The notes under the pieces: generated by a model | Seen by the model: the letters and a program-made list of their open reading frames with translations, nothing else | The model's database searches: none | What the model was told of the DNA's origin: nothing | Part shown: positions 1-13,149 of the stretch, in pieces | How positions within the stretch are numbered: the stretch's first letter is position 1 | How the letters are laid out: every line of letters begins with the position of its first letter | Made by a program: the position numbers and the translations under genes | NCBI GenBank assembly: GCA_030264375.1 | Contig: JASCQW010000001.1 | Location: 51,273,566-51,337,565, forward strand | Length of the DNA: 64,000 nt | Reading direction: 5' to 3' | Origin: Carcharhinus longimanus | Lineage: Eukaryota

Positions 1-215
1 TGTTCTATTGTTCATGGGTTTCCTCTGGTTTTCTCCCAGAATCCAGATGTGCAAGTTAGTTGGATTGGCCATGTTAAATTGACCCTTATTGTCAGGGAGA
101 TTAGCAGAGTAAACGCATGGAGTTACAGGGATAGGGCCTGGGTGGGATTGTGGTTGGTGCAAACCTGATGGGCCAAATAGTCTCTTTTTGCATTGTAGGG
201 ATTTTATGATTCTAA
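1..215 (+). mobile_element. tRNA-derived HE1/V-SINE-like SINE, 3' part
   Basis: GATGTGCAAGTTAG..GGATTGGCCATG core and CR1-like tail shared with fuller copies at 22945 and 57297. Confidence 0.75.
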
Positions 216-639
216 TCAATCATCTCAAGTCTTTAAATTTCTTACATGGATTCTGTCAATGAGTTATATAGCAGCAGGATAATATTAAGAGTGAAGTAAC
301 CAGATTTTTTTCAAAAAAAAACAGAAGTGGAAAAAGCTGAAGGTCAGTCAGATGGTCTTTGGAAAAACAGGGCTCAGTCAATGTTTCAGGTCTCAAGACC
401 TTTCTTCAGGACCATTTGCATTTAAAAAGCTTTTATCCTGCTATTTGCCTTAACGTGTTTCTTTTTACACAGAAAATAAGCTAAAGAAATAGAACAAGGG
501 GTCAAAACCATTGAGGCAACTATTGTAAGCTTTTATACACATATTGCTTATATATCTGCTGTCTTTGCCTGCAGTCCTTCGTTGGATGTAATTATTCTCC
601 TTTTTTACATAACATAAAAGCAGAATAAAGATTCACTTG

Positions 640-1070
640 ACTGATTCTTGTGATGAGTGGGTTGTCTTTTGAGGAAAGGTTGGATCAGTTGGGCTTGTAT
701 CCATTGGAGTTTAGAAGAATGAGAGGTTATTTTATTGAAACATACAAGATCTTGAGGGGAATTGAAAGAATGGATGCTGAATGTTTCACCTTGTGGAACA
801 GAGCAGAACTAGAAGACACAGTTTAAAAATAAAGATTGGGAGTCTCTCTCTCTCAGGGGATTTCAAATTTGTGGAACTCTCTTTCCCAGAGACCCTCAAG
901 GTAGGATCACTGAAATATTTTTAAGGCACGGGTAGATTCTCAGGGTATTGGGGATATGCAGGAAAGTGAAGTTGAGACCACAGTCAAGTCAGCCATGATC
1001 TTATCAAATGGTGGAGCAGGCCCGAGGGGCCAACTGGCCTATTCCTGCTCCCAATTTGTATGTTCATATA
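640..1070 (+). mobile_element. CR1-type LINE 3' fragment
   Basis: Decayed LEFRRMRG-type coding and tail ...ggcctattcctgctcc. Confidence 0.8.
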
Positions 1071-1529
1071 TATCTTGCACTTCTGTACATGGAGCAGTTT
1101 GAGACTTTTTGAGAGATTTGATCAGGTGCCACTAGATGTAATTTTTTGTTTCGTGGGCAAGATTTTCAAAAATTAATGTTAAAGTGATCATAAAATGATG
1201 CTTGATGAATTAATCTGTGTGTTCTGAAACATGCGTCATAACAACTTAACCTGGAATGACGACACTGGTCAACCCTTCAAGGCATATGTGATGAGACACT
1301 GACAAAGTTAATATTTTCTAACTCACTCAATAAACTAAGTTTTCAAACTTATAAAATCTAACCAAATTTTGCTGACATTTTAAGAAAGTAATTGTATGAT
1401 TTTGCAAAACACTTGGCAACACAAAGTGCAAAAAGAAAAACCTTTCCAAATCCTTGTATTCAAAGAAACTATCAGTTTATCACCTTAAATTCAGCTGGCT
1501 GTTCCTTCAAGGTTCCAGGTTTTGGGCAC

Positions 1530-1705
1530 ATAATCCAGGCTCACATTTCAGTGACATGCTCTAAAGTGCGGTCTTTCTGATGAGATATTAAGCAAAGGCC
1601 CTATCCTGCCTGCTTGGATGGACACAAAACAAACCTTGGTAGAATTGAAAGGAGTTTTCTGGATGTCCTGCCAAGGCTCATCTCTCAATATACTTACAAA
1701 CATGC
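1530..1705 (+). mobile_element. Deu-domain SINE remnant (SacSINE1/AmnSINE1-like)
   Basis: gtctttctgatgagatattaagcaaaggcc resembles the Deu core gtctttcggatgagacgttaaaccgaggcc. Confidence 0.55.
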
Positions 1706-1714
1706 GAAGTAGGC

Positions 1715-2505
1715 CATTCAGCCCCATAAGTTTATCCACTTTTCATCAGGTCATGGTTCTAATTCCACATTCCCACCTAGCCCTGATAGCCTTTGATTCT
1801 CTTGCCTAACAAGAATCATCTACCTCCACCTTAAAAATATTCACCTACACCATTTTCTGAGGTAGAGAGCTCCAAAGTCGCACAATCCACTGTGAGCAAA
1901 AAATTCTTCTCACCTCTGTCCTAAAAGGGTGACCCTCAATTTTAAAACAGTGCCTGCTATTTCTGGACTCCCTCACAACAGTAAACATCCCTTCCACATC
2001 CACCTTCTCAAGACCATTCAGGCTCTTATAAACTTCAACCAAGTCACCTATCACTCTTCTAAACTCCAGTGGAAATAAGCTGTCTGTTTTACCTTCCCTC
2101 ATAAGGCAACCCACTCATTCCAGGTATCAATCTAGTAAACCACCTCTGAACCACCTCCAACGCATTTACATCCTAACTTGAATAAGGAGACCAAAAGTGC
2201 ACACAGAATACAAAATGATTTCAATGCCTTGTATAACCCTAACTTAAGTATAACATCCTTACTTTCCCGTTCAATCCCTCTCAAAGGGTAGATTGCATTA
2301 GCCTTCATAATTACTTGCTGTACCATCATACTGACTTTTAGCAACACATATACGAGAATACCTCAATCCTCCTGCACCTTGGAATTTTGCAGTCTTTCTC
2401 CATTTAAATAATCCTCCACTTTTTTATTCCACCCACGACCATTGGGAACATCCTTCCTGCATCTACCTGGTCTAGTTCTGTTAGAATTTTAAGTTTCTGT
2501 GAGAT
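1715..2505 (-). mobile_element. CR1-type LINE 3' fragment
   Basis: ORFs 1845-2114 and 2132-2347 give decayed CR1 ORF2 C-terminus (LEFRRVIGDLVEVYK, IVRLWSSLP). Confidence 0.85.
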
Positions 2506-3376
2506 CATAGAATCCCTATAGTGCAGAAGGAGACCAGTGTGTCAGAATTTCTGCACACATCTTGGGTCAAAAGTCCAACTTCCAATGACTGGGCCACTGA
2601 CCTTTTTTTGTTCATTTGAGATGTGGGCATCACTAGCTAGCATTTATTGCCCTTCACTAACTGCCCTCCATTTGAGAGTCACACGTAGGCCAGGCCAGGT
2701 AAGGACAGCAGATTTCCTTCCCTAGAAGGACATCAGTGAAGCAGATGGGTTTTTCACAACAATCAACAATTGAGTCATGGTCATCATTAAGACTTCTTTA
2801 AAAGTTCAAATGGTACCCAGATCTTGCCCTGTCTCTCCAGTGACTATACCAGCACGCCATAGTCTCCCCTGTGAAGTGCTTTGAAATGCCACAAGAGGTG
2901 CTTCACAAAGTAAAGTTCTTTGTTTTACAGTGGAGGATTGTAGTACAGCACCACACTGTGGTGAGACAGAAGCTCACACATTCCAAACTTTATCTGCTGT
3001 GTCACTCAGCAGGAGTGGGAAAATAGGAAAAAAAGGGGAAGTCCACAACAGGCATTACAAAATACTACTGGAAGAATCTTGGCAGAAAAATTAAATAAGG
3101 CATAAAAAGATTACTTTATCTTGAATGAGAGAGAATACATTCAGAGTGGTCGGGTAATGGATCCAAACTTCACTGCTGGGGACTTTTTCAAAATTGATGG
3201 CTAAGTTTCAAACCACAGACAACAATATAACAGTATGTGGATGGCATGGAAAATGTCATAAATAGTATGACTCAATGTGATTCAAGCCAAAGATCTTCTC
3301 AGACACAAAAAAACCCCACTGGTCACATATCAGCCATTAAGTTCACAATTATGTCCATAATTGGTTAGACTGGTAC

Positions 3377-3536
3377 CTCGAATAAAAATAGCACAGGTAT
3401 AAATCAACTCTCCCAGGCTGCGGAGACTCTGTACCAACGTAAGATGACTTCCACTTCTATCTTTCAAAAGGTCACCAGCTTTAATGCATTGCAACAAATC
3501 ATCAGATTGTGTATTCAAACCAGAGTCTGACGAACC
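3377..3536 (-). CDS. FANCG: Fanconi anemia group G protein, coding exon 5 (gene probably continues left of window)
   Basis: Acceptor tttcctttttaaag|GGT, donor CGAG|gtacca; 160 nt, phase 0 to 1; GSSDSGLNTQSDDLLQCIK...LIYTCAIFIRG resembles human FANCG DLLLLLK...LKDVLLTAFAYRQG. Confidence 0.8.
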
Positions 3537-4858
3537 CTTTAAAAAGGAAAGAGTAAGAGAACAATAATAGCTTTATTATTTTTACATTATTGAAGAGCTA
3601 TTCCACAGATGAAAGTCAGCAGGCTTCACTGACAAGTATTTTTTTCCACCAACTATTATACATGATATATCTCATTAACTGATTACAGAGCAACCTTCTA
3701 AAATTTAGTGCCAGGTGACCTACTTGGAAAATTCAACAGATTGTTGAATTTGGCTGAATTAAAAAGGAGATAAACCTCGGCTGGAATGCAATTTAAATTT
3801 AGTTGCCTTCATCAATTTTCATGAGAGTCTCTGGAATGCACCAGTTATCCTTCTGCTAAACAATACTGAGTGTCACCCTCACACGAGTAAGGAAAATTAA
3901 AGCAGTAGATCGAGAAACTGATTTTTCAATCTATAGAATTAAAAAGATCGTTTCATTATTTTACCAGCTTCTAATGATTAAATCAATTCCAACCTTGTTT
4001 TTCCATTGAGTTATATTGCATTGTTCTCTAAAATTATTTTTTAAAAACCAGTTAGTTATTGAAGAATGTGGGTTTCCCCAATATGCTGCAGTGAATCGGT
4101 GAGACGCACGTTCCATCAATCTTACCCTCACTGGAATTTACAAAATGCTCCAAAGGCCAAAACATCCACACCTTAGATTATTAACAATCTGCCAATTGTC
4201 AATGTTGTCAACATTTGAAAACTGCCTTCTCCTGTGACTGGTTCTGGGAAAGCCACCTATACATTTATGTGGAGAATAATATGAAATGCACACCCCTTTA
4301 AGTTTATCACACTCATTCTTCAATATTCAAATCACTGACACATTTATTTTCTGTGACAATATCTGTAATTACCTTTAATCATGATTATTTAAGGCATGAT
4401 TATGTAACAGCTGCATGGAACAAACATTTTCACATTTACAATTTACAAGATAATGTACCAACTAAGTGCTTTCCATTAACCAAGCCTAACTGTTGCTCTT
4501 GTCATAAAGTAAGCAACAGAACCTTCGTGGAAGAGGCTGTGCATATTCTTTCTAACCAGGTCTGGCCTGAATACCAGAGCTTTGAAATCCATTCTCATTG
4601 GCATCTTTGATTAACCATGAATATCTGTCTATGTCCTCTTATACCAGCCTGAATCAAAGGAAGAAGAGTGATATAACAGTGCCGGCAAATATCTTCAAAT
4701 CCCTCACTACACCACCAGTATAATTGGCCAGAAGCCAAAGGGACTTCACAAAGCATCTATCCTATGTCAACAAAAACCCTCAAGGACAAACATTTCAGGT
4801 TAATTCAATAATTCTGTAACCCAACAGCAATTAATCTCTAGCTGCTTTCCACACTTAC

Positions 4859-5049
4859 TCTGTCTCTTAGTATGCGAAGTGCAGCATCAATCTTATCCAG
4901 CTGATTACTAGCCAGCCATAGCACACATTGCAAGTAGATAAGTTGATCAACTGCCTGAATAAACACTGGGTCATGGATGCTCTGATATATCATTCTCCAT
5001 AATTTCACCATGTCCAGCCCATCAAAATGTTTACCATAAGCTTCCAATC
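4859..5049 (-). CDS. FANCG: FANCG coding exon 4
   Basis: Acceptor ttattaacag|GA, donor AGA|gtaagt; 191 nt; LEAYGK...KLW...LIYLQCVLWLASNQL resembles human LETQ...ELW...LVGLQAALWLSADRL. Confidence 0.85.
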
Positions 5050-5429
5050 CTGTTAATAAAGAAATGCAAAAAATCATGAAATACCAAGCTAGCAAGATTT
5101 CATTATTACAATTCCTACATTATTAAAACACTTGGGTCAAGCAGGAAACAGAAAGAAGTCTGTTTATATCATGTAGCACACTGTAAAATGGAACAATTTT
5201 ACAGTTGCAGCAAGGAATAAACTTCACCAAATTTTATACAACACAGCAAAGAAGCATTCAACATTCATCCAGTTCCAAAACAGCCTCACAAGAAATATTG
5301 AAATTACTGGAGAGCGCTGCTGGAATGAGCTCCACAGGAGGGTTTTAAAAAAAAACATGAAGACTAAGTCATCATATGCTTGTGCACCTTAGGTAGACTA
5401 GCTCAAGGCCAGTAATTGGTGTTAGCCTT

Positions 5430-5765
5430 GTTTCAGTTGTGGCACTCAAGCCGTCAGAGGTTGAGAATTCAAGACCCCCACCAGAAGTTTGAGCACATCA
5501 CCTAGGCTGACACTTTAGTTCCGTACTGAGGGAATGCTGCATTGTCAGAGAGGTTATGTGTCTTGAATAAAATTCTAAATCGAGCTTCACCTCGCCATTC
5601 TGAGTGAAGATAAATAAAAACATTGTGGCAATCCTCCTGAGCATCTGTTTCATTGCTCTGCGCAAATTGGCTGCCCTCTTTCCCTGAAAATGCAACATGT
5701 AGCCATACTTCAAAATTGGTTATAATGTGCTTTGGCACATCTGGAAATTGTGAATAATGCTTTTT
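5430..5765 (+). mobile_element. Deu-domain SINE
   Basis: tRNA-like head, gtactgagggaatgctgcattgtcagag, decayed Deu core and 3' tail. Confidence 0.65.
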
Positions 5766-6183
5766 TTCCCCTTCAGTTTCTTCTCAAAGGTACATAGATG
5801 AACACAGGTGAATGCAAATGTAATTTCTTGAAGGTGGAATATCATATGGTAATAAAGAATTGTTTAAGATTTCAGTGGTTTATTGTATTAAAAACATTCA
5901 GTGGTTTAATTGAGGGAGAAGCAGTAGTAGTCATTTACTACAATTGCATATGCCTGTGATGCAAATATAACATTTGTATTAGAATGCATCAGTTTGTACA
6001 CAAGCCTAAAATAATTTTTTCTCTAAGTCAATGCCCCTTTCACATCTGAAGATAAGGTAACTTGAAGAAACAGTCAAGTCACAACATCTCCTTTGGGGGT
6101 GGTGGAGAATGGAAACTATAAAGGCAAGCATAGTGGCTACAGCAAACTTACAACCAATCCACCATACAAAGGTTAAAACTTAC

Positions 6184-6312
6184 CTCGAACAAGTCCCTCA
6201 TATACCAAGGAGTTATCATTTTGATTGACGTCAGACAATCCAAGACTTAAAACAACTGCATTGTACAAAACAGTCAGTTCCAAGGGAACGCTGGGTATCG
6301 TTGCGGGCAATC
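6184..6312 (-). CDS. FANCG: FANCG coding exon 3
   Basis: Acceptor ctttgcgcag|GA, donor CGAG|gtaagt; 129 nt; GLPATIPSVPLELTVLYN matches human GLPAAVPVLPLELTVTCN. Not in the ORF track; translated by hand. Confidence 0.92.
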
Positions 6313-6619
6313 CTGCGCAAAGATTGATATGTACATCAATGAAAGGAAAGGTTACCCTTCTGATGAGCCATTAGACACCAGAACATTTAGCTGCTGCACT
6401 GGCAATGAAGCATAACAAAGCATCTCACTGAAATGCTGCAACACTGGACTCTACTACATCATTGATTCCACACTTGGAGAAAGATCTGACTTCAAATAGC
6501 TCCACACACAAGATGTCAAGAGGTCAGTCAGTTGAAGAAATAGAGGGTGAGAAACACATAATTCAATCAGAAGCGCCTTCTCCAGTAGACAATTAGTTTA
6601 CCATCTGTGGTAGAAAACA

Positions 6620-6935
6620 TTAAGAGTGCATAAGTAAGGATGAGTCACAAGAGGACCTAGGTTCAAGGTGAGGGNNNNNNNNNNGTGAGAAAAAAAAAAC
6701 GTTGTTACCCAGAGGATGGTGAGGGTCTAGAATGCATTGTCTGGGAGGCTGGTAGAGGCAAGTTGCCTCACATCCTTTAAAAAATACCTGGATGAGCACT
6801 TGGCACATAATAACATTCAAAGCTATGGGCCAAGTACTGGTAAATAGAATTAGGTGAGAGGCCAGATGTTTCTCACATGTCAGTGCAGACTTGATGGGCA
6901 GAAGGGCCTGTCCTGCACTGTATGATTCCATGAAA
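6620..6935 (+). mobile_element. CR1-type LINE 3' end (contains 10-N gap)
   Basis: ttacccagaggatggtgagggtctagaatgcattg and typical tail. Confidence 0.75.
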
Positions 6936-7059
6936 TTACCATGAAGACAAACAGTTAGAAATAGCCAGCATGGGTTTCAAAAGGAATAACTGTGAAAACC
7001 TTATGAAGTCCTTTGATGGGAAAAATGTAGTGGAAGTGGGATTTGATAAAGCTTCCTTT

Positions 7060-7380
7060 ACCAGGCTAACATTCAACCTTGGGACACCAGTTCTGCTGGA
7101 CAGGGCACGTCAGTTCTATGTCTGACACCAGGTTCCCAAAACAACCGTCGTACTCATGACTCCTCCCAGGAGAACAGTCTTAGGGATGTCCTCAAAAGCA
7201 TCCATGAAGAGATCAAGCTTTCCCGTCAACTCCCATGACTCCCTAGCTTGTGACTGATCAAAGCGAAGGCTTATTCAGGAAGCTCCGCTGTTCGGAGCAG
7301 ACAGAGGCAAAGTCAAGACGTCAGATAGAATCCACAAACTTCCACCAACACAAAACCTTAAGACCTCAGATAGAGAACAG
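7060..7380 (+). mobile_element. RTE-clade LINE fragment
   Basis: Decayed W.GHV..M.DTR.PK and RDVLKASMK C-terminal motifs. Confidence 0.55.
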
Positions 7381-7689
7381 TCTGTAGCATTGGGCTGCAT
7401 ATCACAGCAAAGACATTAAAGCTTCAGAGAAGCTGTAATACATAACTTACTCCTGGGACTCTGGTTGATATGGGGAAATGCTAATATAAATTATATAGAT
7501 GAAAGCACGGTTTTCAGTAGTGTGTGAGGGTGGGGGTGGGTAGAAAGAAAGAGTCAAGAATTAAGGACCCTGGATATTAAATGGGATAGAGGTGGAACAG
7601 AGGACAGGAGAAACTGAGAGGTTGTCAAACTGATTTCTAGGTTTAGTGATTGAGGCAGAAACAAAGTCATCATTAAAGGTTAAATAGAG

Positions 7690-8305
7690 TTGGATATGGG
7701 AACAGGAAGAATAAACAGGTCTATTTCCAACTCTGTAACATCTCTCAACTCCACTCATGACTCAGCTGACCTGCTGCTGAAAATTTCATCTGTGCCTTTG
7801 TTACTGTTGTACTTGACTGTTTCAATGCACCATCTCTATTTTCCATTGTTCTACTCTCCCTAACCTTCTGCTGCCTGTGTCCTAACTCCAATTACTACCT
7901 GTACACCCATTACTACCATCGTCACTGATCTCTTGGGCAAGCATCATCACAATATTAAAATTCTCATCCTTATTTAAAAACCCTCCAAGGCCTTGCTTCA
8001 TCCCTTCCCTCTCCCTGACCTCCAGTCAGAAATATTGCACTACTCTAACCCTGGCCTCTTGTGCATCACAATTCACACTGGTGGTCATGCCTTCACCTGC
8101 CTTTTTTCCTGATGCTTCCTTTATAAGCCTCTTGCGTCTGTTTCTTTTTCCTCATTTAACATGCTTCTGAAAATCAACTGTTTTGGACAAGCTTTTGGTC
8201 ATTTGACCTAATAGCTCCTAATGTGGCTTCATATCAAATTTTGCTTCATAGTGTTTTTAGGAGGACTTTGTGACATTGAATACATTAAAGGTGTTATACA
8301 ATTGT
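7690..8305 (+). mobile_element. L2-clade LINE 3' fragment
   Basis: Decayed (E.LIH)AFVT..LD.FNA and FKILIL.FK.L.GLA motifs. Confidence 0.6.
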
Positions 8306-8433
8306 TCCTGTAGTGAATTCTATATATTTCTACATTCATGAAAGATATAAATATAAATGTTCAAGATAGCTAGATGGATATTAATACAATGAAACAAACC
8401 CCAATGAATGGTAATATCAATAAATGAAAATAC

Positions 8434-8521
8434 CTTGGATTTTTTCCAGTAATTTTCTGAAAGAAACATGGCTCTGTTGCAAGATGTCTCTTCTCCGATG
8501 TACAGTAAGGGTAGATATATT
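8434..8521 (-). CDS. FANCG: FANCG coding exon 2
   Basis: Acceptor tttctcccctgccag|AAT, donor CAAG|gtattt; 88 nt, phase 0 to 1; NISTLTVHRRRDILQQSHVSFRKLLEKIQG ends like human LRGLLHSLQG and joins exons 1 and 3 in frame. Confidence 0.85.
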
Positions 8522-8979
8522 CTGGCAGGGGAGAAACAAAATGGTATTGTACAGAATAAACCCTGCGCAGTAAAGATAAAAATTTCAAGGTGGAAAGGAT
8601 ACATGGAATGTATTACCATGAGGATTCTCGTGACCATTTGCCATAAGCATTAAAACGCTTAACTGAAACATTTCCACAGCTGCTTAAACAATCCAATGGC
8701 ACAATATTCCATTAGTAAGTTGCATTTATCCAATTGCTGCTTTTGTCATTCTTCTTTGTCAGCTTTGCAGTTTATTTCTTGGACTGACAGCCAGCTATCA
8801 AAAAGCTGAGACCAAAGGAAAATCATAGATTTGCTCAATACTGATCATTTTACCGGAAAACGTATTTTTACTACCAAGCTGCCACTTGTCAGCTCCTTAA
8901 GATTTCTCTCTTTGACAAAACTATTGTTCACCTGTACTAATATTTCATGTGGTTTGATGTCCAATTTTGTTTGAACTTC

Positions 8980-9270
8980 ATAGAAAGAGGCCATTCGACC
9001 TACTGAATCTGTACCGACCACAATCCCACCAAGGCCCTACCCCCATATCCTTACATATTTTACCCACTCATCCCTCTAACCTACACACCTCAGGACACTA
9101 AGAGGCAATCTTAAGCATGACCAATCAACGTAACTGGCACATCTTTGGACTGTAGGAGGAAACCAGAGCACCTGGAGGAAACCTACACAGACATGAGAAT
9201 GTGCAAACTCCACACAGACAGTGACCCAAGCCGGGAGTCAAACCCAGGTCCCTGGAGCTGTGAAGCACCT
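8980..9270 (-). mobile_element. HE1/V-SINE-like SINE
   Basis: Reverse complement of the SINE body seen elsewhere in the window. Confidence 0.8.
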
Positions 9271-9999
9271 GGGGACATTTCACAACATTAACACATAAAC
9301 GCAAATTGTTGTTCATGTTGTGGTGATTTTATTACATATTGATCTCTGAATTACTGCAATTTTATATATAGTTCTATATACTGAATGTTGAATCACAGAA
9401 ACTTACCAACAGCTTCTAGAGGAGCAGGGGCACTTGGACAGCAACTTCCTGATTTCCATGCTCAACTAAATGTGGTCGCCAGGAGTTGGCACTGATCTAC
9501 TCTTTAATAATGATTGACTGATGATACACTCACTATTTTTAAAACCATAAAATCCTTATTGCAAGAGCTGGGACAATGCATCAGTAACTCAGCATACTCT
9601 AATCTAATAATTATTTCCAACCCCCTTATAGAATCTTTTACAGATTAATTTGGCATGCATCTTGCTCTTTTACCCTCTTACATCCCACAATGCCCTATAG
9701 CCATCTAAAGTCATTGAATGCTTTTATCTCATTGCATACAAATTGGAAGAGGGTAGGAAGTTGGAGTCAATAAGGGGAAAGGAATGGAGTGGGCAAAGGC
9801 ACTCAGGTTGGGAGGGAGACTAGTCTAAAAGCANNNNNNNNNNNNNNNNNNNNNNNNNNNNNNNNNNNNNNNNNNNNNNNNNNNNNNNNNNNNNNNNNNN
9901 NNNNNNNNNNNNNNNNNNNNNNNNNNNNNNNNNTGGCGGGGCAGGCTCGAAGGGCTAGATGGCCTACTCCTGCTCCTATTTCTTATGTTCTTATGTTCT

Positions 10000-10610
10000 A
10001 AAATACTTCAGATGCTGGAAGTCTGAAATAAAAATAGAAAATGGAAAAGTCAGCAGGTCTTGTCGCATTTCTGGAGAAACTGTTAACATTTTGAGTTTGT
10101 ATGACTCAGAGCTGAAGAGGTAGAAAAGCAAACAGGTGGAGTAAAATAGGTCTGACATAGGTGGGAGCTGGGCAGAGATTTGACAAAGATTTCATGGACT
10201 CATGGCAAAGGGAGTGGTAATGACAGTGTTAAAGACTAAGGCAGATACTAATAGCAGCAAAACTAAAATAGTACCAAAAGAGAAAATGCTGGAAAATCTC
10301 AGCAGGTCTGGCAGTATCTGTAAGGAGAGAAAAGAGCTGATATTTTGAGTCCAGATGCCCCTTTGTCAAAGCTGGTAGTGGCAGATAGGTCAGATAGCAA
10401 AATGCGTTAATTGCAGAACAAGGGTTAGCAATCTCTAAAAGCAAAATATAAGAACAAGTTCCAGACTGACCCTGTGGGGAGGGGAGAATAATGGAGGGTA
10501 AGCTGATAATCTGAAGTTGTTGAACTCTATGTTACATCCAGAAGGCTGCAAAATGCCTGATCCAAAGATGAGGTGCTGTTCCTCGAGTTTGTGTTGGGTT
10601 TCACTATAAG
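10000..10610 (-). mobile_element. Penelope-like retroelement 3' ends (two nested copies)
   Basis: gaaaatgctggaaaatctcagcaggtctggcagtatctg...gagtccagatgcccctttgtcaaag, same family as 33421-33477. Confidence 0.7.
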
Positions 10611-10970
10611 AAGAATGATTTGTTAGTCAGGTCCTGAGGCTGGAAGTGAATAGGAATCTTAGGCATTGACCAACAAAATGGTACAATGAATTGGTGAACA
10701 ATTCTTGTGGCGAGATGAGAGAGAAACACAAGAGAACTTCATCGACACGTCCCCAAGGATCACATTAACATCAGACTTGGAAAGTTTCACTCGTGTTGCT
10801 TTTGAACGACAGCATTTTACTTTAGGATAAAGGCTGCAGTGCGACAGGCATTGAAGGAAAAAGACTACAGTGCGAAAGGCTAAAGTACGTGCGAATTTCA
10901 TCTTAGTTCAGTAAAACCAAATGAAGCGCGCGAATCCTGCTGACTAAGCAACACCAAAATCTGCTGTTAC

Positions 10971-11045
10971 CTTCAGCTGGACAACTAAGTTGCGGTTTTC
11001 TTCAGTCCACATCTGCAAACAGCTGGTTCCAGCGGTGCTGCCCAT
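10971..11045 (-). CDS. FANCG: FANCG coding exon 1
   Basis: ATG at 11045, donor AAG|gtaaca; MGSTAGTSCLQMWTEENRNLVVQLK matches human ...SSCLDLWREKNDRLVRQAK. Confidence 0.9.
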
Positions 11046-11094
11046 CACCACCAGCTGCTCAGAACCCACAGTAACAACTTGTGAAACCCGGCAA

Positions 11095-11240
11095 CAGGAC
11101 CGGAAGTCCCGCCTCCCACTCTGTCCAATGGGAAGCCATATTGCCGACAGAGTTCCCTCACTAATTGGTAACGGACACGCCAATCAAGAACAAACCAGGC
11201 TGAGTTGCAGTTTAGGGTTGCAGAGCGCGGGAAACTGAGG
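11095..11240 (-). promoter_or_regulatory. FANCG proximal promoter (ETS, GC box, 3x CCAAT, E2F)
   Basis: ACCGGAAGT 11099-11107, CCCGCC 11108-11113, CCAAT 11125-11129, ATTGG 11164-11168, CCAAT 11180-11184, GCGGGAAA (TTTCCCGC) 11227-11234; locally CpG-rich, 50-190 nt upstream of the ATG. Confidence 0.7.
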
Positions 11241-11854
11241 CTCTGAGCACTATCCTTACTGCCAAGAGCTTTAGACTTACCTACTGTGTTTACATCCTTC
11301 TTAAACCATTAATACAACTTTGAGGGTTACGTTACTTCCTTTTTAGCCTAAGTCTAAAGTCTTCTGGCATCGCTGAAACTAGAAAGTTACATTCCCTTTT
11401 TTTAATCGCGCTAAGTTTTCTTTCTTTTTTTAAAAATAGCACTAAGTATTGCCCTAACAAATATACCTTTAACGTCAGCTTCACTTTTATAATATTTTGG
11501 CATTCTGTCGCAATCACAATTGGCCAGATATTCTCTGGGACTGAAATCGGAATTCCTCCTCTGAACACCTCGCACCCCCACATTAAACCTATTTGTCAAG
11601 TACAATCCTCAAGAACGAATACTACTCCAATAACCCAGTCTTCTCAATCAACAGAAATCAATACAATTACGATTTGGAAGCCTTTTGACAACACCAGAGT
11701 GCCGTCAGTGGGCCTCCACTGCTTCGGGAACTTGTAGAATCCTTTTTAATTGAAGCAATGAACGGAATCATTTCGGGCCACTGAGTCCCTGCAGACTCTC
11801 TGCACAGCAATCTAATCAACCCCATTTTATTCACTATATCCCTATGACCCCAAT

Positions 11855-11920
11855 TCAACCTGGTGTTGTCAGACTTTTTACTGTGTTTACGCCAGTCCAA
11901 CGCCGGCATACCCACATCCA
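11855..11920 (+). mobile_element. Penelope-like terminal fragment
   Basis: aacctggtgttgtcagactttttactgtgtttacgccagtccaacgccggcatacccacatc, identical to 39856-39917; inverted relative at 12234-12323. Confidence 0.65.
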
Positions 11921-13149
11921 GAGACAATCCCATTTCCTGAGCTAACCTTGTCACTANNNNNNNNNNNNNNNNNNNNNNNNNNNNNNNNNNNNNNNNNNNN
12001 NNNNNNNNNNNNNNNNNNNNNNNNNNNNNNNNNNNNNNNNNNNNNNNNNNNNNNNNGCCATCCTGTCCAGCTTCCCTTGTGTGCTAGCCCTCATTTGCAT
12101 TCTAAAAGCATGCTCTTGCCTGCTAGTCTGTGTTTGTTACTTTGTGATTTTTAGTGGAGAGGCTCCAAGTGTAACTTTAGTCTGCTTCCATACCGTATGC
12201 CCAATTTCATAAAATTTGTTGTCCGATAACACACAGTAAGAAGTCTCACAACACCAGGGTTAAAGTCCAACAAGCTTATTTGATAGTAAACCCACAAGCT
12301 TTCAGGGTTTGCCTCTTCACCTGCATTCCGCTAAAGATTAATGAATGTCTCTGGATTCACCAAGATTTCAAGATAACAGGGTAACTACCATGCTCACTCA
12401 AAGGATTACTCTTATCAACGTGATAAATCACAAAACTATAATTGAGATGAATTTACATAAGATATATTCAAGGATTAATAAGGATAAACAAGGAATTGCA
12501 GAATATGACTAAAAAGGGTAATCAGCAAAATTCAGCTCAGAGCTCAGTTACAAGACTGTCCCCATCAATATAAAAAAGTACAGGATCAATAGAGGTATAT
12601 AATTGCAGGGGTACAGTCCAGGATTAACAAATTCTCATTTTCGCAATGTAACAGGGACCAAACGTTTCTGTGCTCATTTATCATACACCTTTGTCAAAAT
12701 AAAAGGCAACACCATGAAATCAGGAGTATAATCACAAGGGAACAAAGTTTAGAATTAATAATGAACTGCAGAATAATATGATTATCCACTGAGCGCGAAA
12801 AGGCCAAAACCATGATAGCAGGGTCAAGCAACATCCAGAGTTTCAGTGAAGTCCTTGCAATCTGCCATATCATTATCTCAAAGCCCCAGCAGAGAACCTC
12901 GGCCCTGGTGGGTGGCAGTAACCCATCTTGTCCAGCCACATTCAGCCTTTCTCAACCAGCACCAAGGACAAGACAACGTAAGACCCATAGTTAGAGTCTT
13001 CAACTGACCCCAAGCCTCAAAGACTGTTTATGTCCATTGAACTTGAAATGCCCAGACTTCAAATTCAGGTTGTGTAGGCACAGCAGCCAGTTCTCAAATC
13101 CAGCTGGGAAGTCATTCCCAGTTCTCCCCAGGAGCCTGGATGCGCAGAT

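Noticed and set aside
1-3376. FANCG exon 6
   Set aside because: No segment found with correct phase, splice sites and similarity to the expected GLQEL...EAA...C peptide; probably left of the window
9789-10001. ORFs containing X runs (also near 11948, 20626, 26681, 39713, 54925, 59041, 62163)
   Set aside because: Artefacts of translating across N gaps
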